Below, piece after piece: positions 53,082-63,620 of a stretch of 64,000 nt of DNA. The position numbers and the translations under genes were made by a program. Source of the DNA: Octopus sinensis (taxonomy: Eukaryota); NCBI RefSeq assembly GCF_006345805.1, contig NC_043000.1, positions 132,556,001 to 132,620,000 of the forward strand, in the 5' to 3' direction. The notes under the pieces were generated by a model. That model was given only the letters and a program-made list of their open reading frames with translations. It did not search any database and was not told where the DNA came from. Numbering within the stretch: the first letter of the stretch is position 1; each line of letters opens with the position of its first letter.

Positions 53082-53957
53082 CGACGACGATTCAATTTCC
53101 TTTCATGATTAAACGCTAATCTATCATATTTAAATGAATTATTTGTGTATTTCTTATATATATAAATATATATAAATTATGTACCTAATATTAACGACGA
53201 TAATTTTAACTGTTGAAATAGCTGTAGAACTTGGAATGATTATTACGAAAAATTAGTAAAATCTTCCCTTTAAACTATTCTATGTTGCTCTAAACAACCG
53301 TTTTAGCCAATTTTGATATACAAATTCATTCTAGTGATGGTTATAACATTGTCATAATATAGTGGTGTTTAGCGATATGGAAATAATTGAGACATGTGTG
53401 AACTAATATATTTAACGTCGTAGGGTGAACACAAAAAGAACTTTTTATCAATTGAATTTGCACCCGCAGTGAAAAGAAAATTCAATAGTATTAATTACCA
53501 TTCTCGCTAAGAAAGGTTAGACAGAGAACAGCAAAATTCAAATTGGTTAAAAATCAAATAAGGATATATAGTGTGGAACAAGACTGTTCTTTCGTAAATA
53601 TGAACGGTGACAATCCCGTACATGCTTCGCCTTTATTATTCCTCTTCTACGAAGTGTAGTCCAACACAGTAACTTCCAATGCTTCTGTGATCTCGTCATG
53701 CTACGTTCTCACGCTTAAAGTACCCGATACCCATAATGGCTTTTTGTCAACTGTATTATTTAAATGAAATACAGCGTAAACGCATAACTCTTCCCTGCGA
53801 CATCCTAGGGCGTTGGCGACACCTATTTTGGAAAATACTATTTTAAAACATACTTACCAGACCTTAGAATGAGGAAAATTTTTTATCGACTAAGCAATTT
53901 GAAATGATTACATGGGGAAAATTTCCTTCTAATATATTTAGCATATATCTTATAAAC

Positions 53958-53988
<31 letters not shown>

Positions 53989-54334
53989 TATAATTTTTAT
54001 ATAAAAATTATATTGGACATAATATTCTTAAATGTTTCTCATATTTCCCACAAATTTGCAATAAAAATATCATCAACTGTAAAATTGTTAATTAAAGTCC
54101 GCTCCATTATGCTAACGTATTTTCAATTAGAATATTTAACTCTCTCCCCCACCTCCCCTCTCTTAGGGTGAATGTTTTAATTACAGCCATTTATATGTGA
54201 GTTGGCAATAAGTTTTGGTAGTGAAGTAAACCTTAATGTTAGTATTTGAAATGTTAGTTTATAGGCATGAAAACGAGCACGCGCGTATACACACACAAAC
54301 ACACACACACACACACGGGCACACGCACGCTGGT

Positions 54335-54770
54335 TATGGAGGTGGAGGTAGAAGAGGAGGAAAGATAATATTGGAGGAGGTGATTGTGGAGGAAAGATAA
54401 TATTGGAGGAGGAGGTGATGGTGGAGGAGAGGCGGTGGAGGAGGAGGAGGATGAGGAGGTGATGGTGGAGAAGGAAGAGGAGGAGAAGGGGAAGAGGGTG
54501 GTGGTGGTGGAGGAGGAGAAGAAGGAGGAGGAAGAAGAAGAAGACGAAGAAGAAGAAGAAAATGATGAAGAAGAAGAAGAAGGAGAAGAAGGAGAAGAAG
54601 GAGAAGAAGAAGGAGAAGAAGGAGAAGAAGAAGAAGAAGAAGAAGGAGGAGGAGGAAGAAGAAGAAGAAGAAGAAGAAGAAGAAGAAGAAAGAAGAAGAA
54701 GAAGAAGAAGAAGAAGAAGAAGAAGAAGAAGAAGAAGAACAACAACAACAACAACAACAGCAACAACTGG
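54335..54770. repeat. Purine-rich (GAG)n/(GAA)n tract ending in (AAC)n
   Basis: Visible; it explains the poly-E/K ORFs. Confidence 0.95.
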
Positions 54771-55074
54771 TGGTGATATATCTTGTATAGAAAAAAAAAC
54801 AAGACTAATTTGGAAGCAAGCCTACATATTCAAGCAGAGAAACTGTAATTAATCAGAGTTACGTCCTCAATGGTAGAAGATTCTTGATGTAAATAATTAA
54901 CACTGGTCATAATTAGTATGGGGGAAAAATCCAGAATTAGTTGGCTTACTGAATCAAGTACCATAGCAACAACTCTACCGTTAAATTTCCAAGGAGGAAG
55001 CGTCCATGAGGATTCTCCCCCTTCCTGGTCTTTCTTTTAATTATTTTTGCCATCGCAGCTAAAATGTGTAATGT

Positions 55075-55113
55075 TTTCCTGATGAAGTTTAAAAATACCG
55101 AAACATGTCGTGA
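55075..55113 (+). ncRNA. Minimal PLE-type hammerhead motif
   Basis: CTGATGA-AGTTTAAAAATACC-GAAA-CATGT-C: palindromic ACATGT and GUC site, but weak stems I and II. Confidence 0.5.
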
Positions 55114-55443
55114 GTTATCTCTGTAATTACCTACTCTATACAGTAATGTTGTCACTTATATTCTAAGATATTTGAACTTCAATGATATCTTCCTAATACT
55201 TTTTGACATTAATTAGTTATTTATATATTGATTGTTCCCATCACTAAGGGTGCAATTTTAATTATTTAAATATTATTGGCCCATTACATCAGTTATACTG
55301 ACACCCACTTTAATACATACAAACTCGTTCATGTGTATGTGTGTGTATAAAGGTATATTTTTATATATACGTACACACATACAAACATATATGTGGTAAA
55401 GTAAATCTTTGCTGAACCCTATTATTAAGTATATATATATACC

Positions 55444-55532
<89 letters not shown>

Positions 55533-55534
55533 AT

Positions 55535-55782
55535 TTGGAAACTATATATATTTTCGAACGAGAATTTAGCAGCGCCATCTCAGCCGAAGAGTTATTCTGT
55601 GCTGATGAATGGAAATAACCCTGAAACTGTGCGGTCCACAGATACGCTTTGTGCTGGTTGGAGGTGCTAAACTCCTCAGTTTGAAAAATATAAGGACACA
55701 GATTGTGTGTCGTATAGCCAGCTGGAGACTATGTCTCCTGGGTCACAGCACACTAGCAATTCGTCCCAACCGGTACTTATTA
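55535..55782 (+). mobile_element. HHR-bearing repeat F3 (retrozyme-like)
   Basis: Near-identical inverted copy at 62851-63098. Confidence 0.8.
55596..55642 (+). ncRNA. Type I hammerhead ribozyme, canonical core (F3)
   Basis: TCTGTG-CTGATGA-ATGG-AAATAA-CCCT-GAAA-CTGTGCGGT-C-CACAGA: 6-bp stem I, GUC site, one stem II mismatch. Confidence 0.8.
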
Positions 55783-55812
55783 TTATATATATATATGTAT
55801 GTGTATATATAT

Positions 55813-55856
<44 letters not shown>

Positions 55857-56035
55857 TAGGGATAATCCAAATTTACAGGGAAAAAATCAGATTTAGGATT
55901 AAATCCAATTTTATAGTAAAATATTATAAAATATTATTAGAGACAAAACCACTATTTTGCAAAACAAACAAGGAAGACTTAAACAATACATAAATTTAAT
56001 ATATATTATATATATATATATATAATATATATATA

Positions 56036-56082
<47 letters not shown>

Positions 56083-56107
56083 ATATATATATATATATAA
56101 TATTATT

Positions 56108-56384
56108 ACGATAATAGTGACTATTGACAATGAGTTCTCAGTTCTGCTTTCGATGGATAAATATAGTCTTATTTGGGGATTAACTACGCTACCAATGGGT
56201 TTCATACGGAAAATTCCATTGTTTTCCAAGCACTTCACCGGAGAGTGTTGGTAACCGGCTAATATGTGAACGTCCCAGTCAACATGAAGGCTGATTACCA
56301 ACATTCATATGTAAATCACTAAGGTATAGCGACGTTTCTGTATGAACAGTTGGTCTAGCTTTGTTAATCCACAAATAAGGAATA

Positions 56385-56415
<31 letters not shown>

Positions 56416-56819
56416 CATGCATACATACATACATACATAAATACATACATATATATATACACACACATATATATATATATATATATATGTATGTATTTAT
56501 GTATGTATGTATGTATGCATGTATATATATATATGTGTGTGTGTATTCCTTATTTGTGGATTAACAAAGCTACCAACTGTTCATACAGAAACGTCGCTAT
56601 ACCTTAAGTGATTTACATATGAATGTTGGTAATCAGCCTTCATGTTGACTGGGACGTTCACATATTAGCCGGTTACCAACACTCTCCGGTGAAGTGCTTG
56701 GAAAACAATGGAATTTTGCGTATGAAACCATTGGTAGCGTAGTTAATCCGCAAATAAAGACTATATTTATCCATCGAAAGCAGAACTGAGAACTCATTGT
56801 CAATATTCACTATTATCGT
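56108..56819. repeat. ~710-bp near-perfect palindrome centred on a microsatellite (~56465)
   Basis: 56108-56460 is the reverse complement of 56480-56819, apart from a few small indels and substitutions. Confidence 0.92.
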
Positions 56820-56868
56820 GTATATATATATATATATATAATATATATATATATATAATATATATATA

Positions 56869-57588
56869 TGGTGAATAAAGAAATGGAGCTGAACGCAGAT
56901 TGAACAGAAATCGTTTTATTTCATTCTACACGTGTTTCGAAAGCACAAAATTACCAAAATCCGATTGAATAATGGGACCATATTGTGTCTTTCTCTTCAG
57001 GAAGAAAAAAGGAAATCCGTTGGAAAAACAAAAACAGAACATAGGCGGAGCAAAAACAAATCGAACTATGCTCCTAAGAGCCCATGGCGAAACTGTTTAT
57101 CAGTGTATGTTGAGAACCGGTGGCTGAAGAATTCAAAGGGTCAGGCATCGGTCAATCATGTGGGTGAGGGTGTATAATGTTCTTTGTGACCGAGAATAAA
57201 GTTCTGACTATTTAAGGAATATTGGATGTTTTTATAAGGGCGAGAAAAAATCTACTTAGAGACGTGTGTGTGTGTATACTGTTCTATATATGTGTGTGTT
57301 GGCGTAGGGGTAGAAAACATTATTTGTGTACGTGTGTGCGTTTGATCGTTCGGCTGTCAGTGGCTACTGCCGTGATAACCGTTGGGTGGCAGAAAGAAGA
57401 AAAAATATATATATATATATTATGTTTTATGTGTGTGTGTGTTCATCTAAGCCTGCCTTGTCAAGGAAACCCCCCGCTGTGAAAAAAACCAAGCCCCGTT
57501 TGTCTTACAAGAGTAATTCCCCTTGCAGTGGTTAATCGTAGATATCTTAAAGGCTATTTCAGAATTTGTTACCAAGGGCTAGGGTGCC
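56869..57588 (-). repeat. Left inverted repeat (pLTR, antisense to the ORF)
   Basis: Reverse complement of 60166-60879, with only small indels and substitutions. Confidence 0.92.
56920..57006 (-). ncRNA. Type I hammerhead ribozyme in left pLTR
   Basis: Minus strand reads TTC-CTGAAGA-GAAAG...CTTTC-GAAA-CACGTGT-A-GAA. Confidence 0.8.
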
Positions 57589-57589
57589 A

Positions 57590-60160
57590 TTTTCTTCCAC
57601 GAGAACGAAGATAAAATCGAACCGGACAACAGCATCGTCCGAATACGGCCGGCTTTTTAAAACATTGGATACGCGCCACCGAACCCAAGACTGAAGAAGT
57701 TTGAGGACGACTGTGGGGGACATAGTTAGAAAGATTAAGTTCAGGAAGTCACCCAGGAGAAATGCCCACCTCAGATACCTAGATAAAATTACCAAGGACA
57801 TTAATAGAACGGACGGAGTCCTGATCCAGTCCGACAAGACCAGGAACACATACAAGATGCCCATTAAGCAGTACCTAGATTTACTCGGTAAAGAGATCAA
57901 GAAAAATTATAGAAAAACCAATTGGAGTACCCTGAGGAAGGTAAACTTGGAATTAAGGAAATAATATTTAACCACCGAATTCAAATGAGAACTCAGCGCT
58001 TAGCCCCAAGCACCCAGATTTATAGTGAAGGACCATAAACCTAACTTCCACACCAACCCAGCGCTAAGACTCATATGCCCTGCTAGATCTGATATCGGGA
58101 TAATCAGTAAGTACATTTTAGATAAATATATCCCTAGTTTAGTAAACAAGCTGAAGCTCAGCCTCTGGGCCAACTCCTCGCAGGTAGTGAAGTGGTTCTC
58201 TTCCATCCCCAATAAGAACCGTACTAGGTTCATTCAGTTTGATATCGCCAGCTTCTACCCCTCGATTAACCCTAGTGTGCTAAATAAGGCCCTCTGGCAT
58301 GCTCACAACAAGGCTGGCCTCACCAGAGAAGAGATAGATATCATTTTAGTTGCCAGGAAATCGTTATATAAGTTTGATAATAAGTTGTGGATCCGTAAGA
58401 TACTCCCAATGAATTTGATGTGTGCCTAGGGTAGTTCGGATAGTGCGCAGATAGCCGATTTGGTCGGAATATATATTCTCTACGAATTGTCCGACCATTC
58501 CCGGAGATCGCGGGCGGCCTGTATCGTGACGATTGTCTGTTTTACCTGCAAAACACCACGAACAGAATAGTGCAGAAAACTAAGAGCAGTTAGCTAGGTT
58601 TTTTAATAGAATGGGCATGAGTATAGTTTTTGATAATGAACTCACCAAGGCTAATTTCCTAGACGTTACACTTAACCTTAATAGCGACTCATACTGCCCT
58701 TACCATAAGCCTTCCACTAATTTGAAGTATGTCAGTGTCTTCTCAAATCATGCCAAAACCGTAACAGACAATTTGGTTAAAAACATCTCTCTAAGATTGT
58801 CTGGCTTGTCCGCCAGTGCCGATATTTTTATGCAGAAAGCGGAATTTTATAACGCCGCACTATCCAAGGCCGGTTATAGGCAGAAGGTAATTTATATTGA
58901 TCCGGCCCTTCCGATGCCATCATTCGGTCATCAGGATAGGGCCGTATATAATAACATTAACATTTAAGTAAGGACGGGAGCGCGGCGGATGCCGGGGTAG
59001 TCGCTCCCGCATTTAATTTAGCGAACAAGGATAATTATCGGTCCGGGAGGTCTTACACTAACCCAAGACCCGTTATTCATCCGAGAATCACCCACCCGAA
59101 TGCGAGAGCTGGCGTCCCGACCCATCACACTGATAGGAATAAGCATATATGGTTTGTAATCCCCTTTGGTAAGCAGATTAGAACTAACCTCCCCCTCATG
59201 TTTAGACAAGCCATCGCCAATAACTTCCCCAGAAATTCCAAATATTACTCCACGGTTAGCTCGCATAAAGTTAGGATAGCTTTCTCCAACACTAAAAACC
59301 TCGCCCAGATAATCGCCTCCCATAATAATAGGCTACTTACTAAGACCCTATCACCTTTTTCCGGAGGCACAGCCTCTTCCGCTCCCGGTTTAATGCTCAG
59401 TAGGAATAATTATAGTAGTAATAATGATATGAGAGCCAGTACAGTGACACATAATCTCAGCTCCAGCCAGGGAGTACCCACTAGGGGTATAGTTATAAAT
59501 AGGGGTGTTGTGGGTGACGGTAACAATGGGAGTAGGGTAGAGAGCCCCAATAGCATCCCCAGCATCATTTCCCGCAATAGCAGCACCACGGGCAGTTGCA
59601 ATGACAGCACTCTGATAGATAGTGGAGAATCAGGGGTTATTCCTATAGTTAATAGAGACGTAGTGGAAAATAGAGTAGTAAGCGGCTGCAGGTCTCGGAA
59701 CGAATATAGTGACAGGAACGCAGTTCTAATTTCAGAAACTAATCCTAGCAGATTAAGATTCACGTCGGCGAACTCCAAGATCAAAAACGCCGTCTACCAA
59801 TGCAAGGTTTACACGGACTCAGATGTCTTCACTTATGTAGGGGCATCATCCTCAAGATTGTCTTTGCGTGTCTCCAACCATTACGCAACTTTTCGGGACG
59901 TGAACAAGCGCCAGACCACGGGACTCAGTAAGCTAATATGGCGACTGAAGGATACGAACTTAAGCTATAGGCTGGAATGGTCAATTTTGTCGGTGGCCCT
60001 CCCATTTGATAGGGGCAGAAGACAGTGCAACCTTTGTGTCTCCGAACTCTTCCATATTTTGTTTGCCAGAGGCCGGATGGTAAACGGGCTCTTACAGTCG
60101 GCTTTCGATGCCCCCATTGGCGGCGTTACACTTATCTGGTTTTAATAGCGTTTATAAATA
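57590..60160 (+). pseudogene. PLE RT-GIY-YIG polyprotein, frameshifted and 5'-truncated
   Basis: SDKTRNTY, KDHK, QFDIASFYPSI, GSSDSAQIADLVG, YRDD (58522-58533), FLDVTLNL, WFVIPF, SHN, then VY-(x)-YVG (59792-59842), R/H, CNLC, and CPH in a shifted frame. Confidence 0.9.
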
Positions 60161-60165
60161 ATACC

Positions 60166-60879
60166 GGCACCCATAGCCCTTGGTAACAAATTCTGAAATA
60201 GCCTTTAAGATATCTACGATTAACCACTGCAAGGGGAATTACTCCTGTAAGACAAACGGGCTTGGTTTTTTCACAGCGGGGGGTTTCCTTGACAAGGCAG
60301 GCTTAGATGAACACACACACACATAAAACATAATATATATATATATTTTTTTTCTTTCTGCCACCCAGCGGTTATCACGGCAGTAGCCACTGGCAGCCGA
60401 ACGATCAAACGCACACACGTACACAAATAATGTTTTCTACCCCTACGCCAACACACACATATATAGAACAGTATACACACACACACGTCTCTAAGTAGAT
60501 TTTTTCTCGCCCCTTATAAAACATCCAATATTCCTTAAATAGTCAGAACTTTATTCTCGGTCACAAAGAACATCTATACACCCTCACCCACATGATTGAC
60601 CGATGCCTGACCGTTGAATTCTTCAGCCACCGGTTCTCAACATACACTGATAAACAGTTTCGCCATGGGCTCTTAGGAGCATAGTTCGATTTGTTTTTGC
60701 TCCGCCTCTGTTCTGTTTTTGTTTTTCCAACGGATTTCCTTTTTTCTTCCTGAAGAGAAAGACACAATATGGTCCCATTATCAATCGGATTTTGGTATTT
60801 GTGCCTTTCGAAACACGTGTAGAATGAATAAAACGATTTCTGTTCAATCTGCGTTCAGCTCCATTTCTTTAATTCACCA
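60166..60879 (+). repeat. Right inverted repeat (3' pLTR, sense)
   Basis: Begins at the end of the ORF; reverse complement of 56869-57588. Confidence 0.92.
60744..60828 (+). ncRNA. Type I hammerhead ribozyme in 3' pLTR
   Basis: Core CTGAAGA 60750-60756; stem II GAAAG/CTTTC extended by CACAA/TTGTG; GAAA 60810-60813; palindrome ACACGTGT; predicted cleavage after A60821 (GUA); stem I TTCTTC/GAA(T)GAA. Confidence 0.8.
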
Positions 60880-61057
60880 ATAATGTTTATTTCAATTATC
60901 CGCACCAACGCACGGTTGCAACGCCAGATGGTTGTACTCCAACCGTGCTGTTTACTGCTGTGATTTTTGCTACTAAGGTATCGGTTTAAACTTTTGATTA
61001 ATCTACTACAAGATTATTCATCTTTCTATTTCACATTATATATATATAGATATATAT

Positions 61058-61143
<86 letters not shown>

Positions 61144-61150
61144 GTGTATG

Positions 61151-61171
<21 letters not shown>

Positions 61172-61181
<10 letters not shown>

Positions 61182-62782
61182 TCCTCACTTAACTTGTCTC
61201 TTCCTCTCTCTCTCATTCTTCATTCTCTCTCTCCCTTTCACCATTCTTCATGGTCTCCTCGCACCATTCACCTTCTTCTCTCTCTTCCTCTTGCTCCTCC
61301 TCCCCATCCCGTCATCCATCTGCGACGATACTTCCGTCGTAACTGCTATCCTGTCTTTTCTCGCCCGCCTTGTAAGGCTTCCGGTCGACAAATTTCCCTC
61401 TCTCGTCTTCCACGATAATCCAGCGTTTGCAATACTTTTTTCGTCTGGCGTTAACAGCCCTTCTTATCTTGTTCTCCTTGTCCTGTCTCTCATGTATATA
61501 TATTATTTTTCCACTGTTATATATAATATTTTTTACTGTTTATATGTTTGTACTGTCGTTACCGTCTTGCTTTTTTTTTTTTCTTTTACCCCTCTGCGAA
61601 AAAGATCTCAGAATTTAATTGATTTGCTTTTCGCGGGAAGGAATTTTTCTTCGAAGTATACGTCTCGCTTTTATCCTTCGAAACGTTTAGTAGATGAAAT
61701 CTAGCGACTGAAGAAGGGGATTTTTCGTTGTGCTTATTGTCCTGTATCTCTCTTATTTTGCTTGTCTTGTTCCTTGGTTTGTGTCTATTGTTTCGTCTCT
61801 CTATGTGTTCGACGTCTTTTTGGTGTCTCCTGTACACATATATGCGTGTATATGTACATGTAGAGGTAGGTACGTACATATATGTTTTATATATATTCAT
61901 ATGTTCTATTTTATTAACATATTATACGACTAAACGCACGCACCCTATTAAGTAAGATTGTTCTGTTTATCAAGTTAGCCTTGATATTACTCTCACGCGA
62001 CTCTGCATCTTTCTTTCTTTCTCTCCCATTCCCTTTTTCGTCTTTTTTTTCCCTCACTTACTTGTCTCTTCCTCTCTCTCTCATCTTCATTCTCTCTCTC
62101 CCTTTCACCATTCTTCATGTTCCCTCGCACCATTCCCCTTCTTCTCTCTCTTCCTCTTGCTCCTCCTCCCCCATTCCGTCATCCATCTGCGACGATACTT
62201 CCGTCGTACTGCTATCCTGTCTTTTCTCGCCCGCCTTGTAAGGCTTCCGGTCGACAAATTTCCTCTCTCGTCTTCCACGATAATCCAGCGTTTGCAATAC
62301 TTTTTTCGTCTGGCGTTAACAGCCTTCTTATCTTTTTCTCCTTGTCCTGTCTCTCCTGTTATATATTTATTTTTCCACTGTTGATATTATATATTTTTAC
62401 TGTTTATATGTTTGTACTGTCGTTACCGTCTTGCTTTTTTTTTTTTTTTACCCCTCTGCGAAAAGATCTCAGAATTTTAATTGATTTGCTTTTCGCGGGA
62501 AGGAATTTTTCTTCGAAGTATACGTCTCGCTTTTATCCTTCGAAACGTTTAGTAGATGAAATCTTAGCGACTGAAGAAGGGGATTTTTCGTTGTGCTTAT
62601 TGTCCTGTATCTCTCCTTATTTTTTGCTTGTCTTGTTCCTTGGTTTGTGTCTATGTGTTTCGTCTCTCTATGTGTTCGACGTCTTTTTGGTGTCCTGTAC
62701 ACATATATGCGTGTATATGTACATGTAGAGGTAGGTACGTACATATATGTTTATATATATTCATATGTTCTATTTTATTAAC

Positions 62783-62790
<8 letters not shown>
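61172..62790 (+). repeat. Direct duplication of a ~760-bp unit (61172-61930 and 62043-62790; period ~860 bp)
   Basis: The two copies align end to end and differ mainly by 1-2 nt indels. Confidence 0.92.
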
Positions 62791-62824
<34 letters not shown>

Positions 62825-62850
62825 ACACACATACATATATATATATAAAT

Positions 62851-63384
62851 AATAAAGTACCGGTTGGGACGAATGCTACTGTTGCTTGACCCCAGGAGAC
62901 ATCGTCTCCAGCTGGCTATACGACACACAATCTGTGTCCTTATATTTTCAAACTGAGGAGTTTAGCACCCCCAACCAGCACAAAGCAGTATCTGTGGACC
63001 GCACAGTTTCAGGGTTATTTCCATTCATCAGCACAGAATAACTCTTCGGCTGAGATGGCGCTGCTAAATTCTCGTTCGAAAATATATATAATTTCCAAAG
63101 TGAGACACAGCCACTGATATATTAAATAAAAACATTGTTCCTAAATCTCTCAACGAGATATTCAGTAAAAGTTATTTGCCAACCTAATGTAGCAGTCCCG
63201 GTTGGGACGAATGCTACTGTTCTTTAGCCCCAGGAGACACCGTCTCCAGTTGGCTATACGACACACAATCTGTGTTCTTATATTTTCGAACAGGGGAGTT
63301 TAGCATCCCACCCAGCTCAAAGCAGTATCTGTGGACCGCTGAGTTTCAGGGTTATTTCTCTTCACCGACACAGAATAACTCTGC
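62851..63384 (-). mobile_element. F3 tandem array (337-bp period) on the minus strand
   Basis: ccggttgggacgaatgctactg recurs at ~62860 and ~63198; HHR stems start at 62991 and 63328. Confidence 0.85.
62991..63037 (-). ncRNA. Type I hammerhead ribozyme (F3), identical to 55596-55642
   Basis: Reverse complement reads tctgtgctgatgaatggaaataaccctgaaactgtgcggtccacaga. Confidence 0.8.
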
Positions 63385-63620
63385 GGCAGAGTTATTCTGT
63401 GCGGTCCATAGATACTGCTTTGTGCTGGGTGAGGTGCTAAACTTCCCTGTTCGAAAATATAAGGACACAGATCGTGTGTCGTACAACCAGCTGGAGACGA
63501 TGACAGTAGCATTCATTCCAACCAGGACTGTCACATTAGGTTGACAAATAACCTTTACTTTAAAGTACTGCTACTGAATATCTTTCGTTGAGATTTACGA
63601 ACAATAATGTTTCTATTTAT
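63120..63620. repeat. ~500-bp imperfect foldback of F3 sequence centred at 63385
   Basis: Centre aataactctgc-g-gcagagttatt; the arms continue outward through aacctaatgt/acattaggtt and ctcaacgagatattcag/ctgaatatctttcgttgag. Confidence 0.85.

Larger units (their letters stand above)
56869..60879 (+). mobile_element. Penelope-like retroelement (Neptune-like) with inverted pseudo-LTRs
   Basis: RT + GIY-YIG coding remnant bracketed by ~715-bp inverted repeats, each with an HHR. Confidence 0.88.

Noticed and set aside
56320-56375. GAAACGTC half-motif next to a CTGT/ACAG hairpin in the palindrome arms
   Set aside because: There is no CUGANGA core upstream.
57073-57105. Second HHR-like fold in the pLTR, antisense to the first (CCTAAGA-GCC-CAT-GGC-GAAA-CTG-TTTAT-CAGT-G)
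   Set aside because: Stems II and III pair, but the core lacks U4 and G5, the site is GUG (non-cleavable), and no stem I is found.
59410-59784. 124-aa hydrophobic antisense ORF over the PLE linker
   Set aside because: An expected by-product of AGT/AAT-rich sense codons; no motif or independent support.
60967-62852. 245-aa and 203-aa hydrophobic ORFs in the duplicated unit
   Set aside because: The reading frames are not conserved between the two copies and derive from CT-rich low-complexity sequence.
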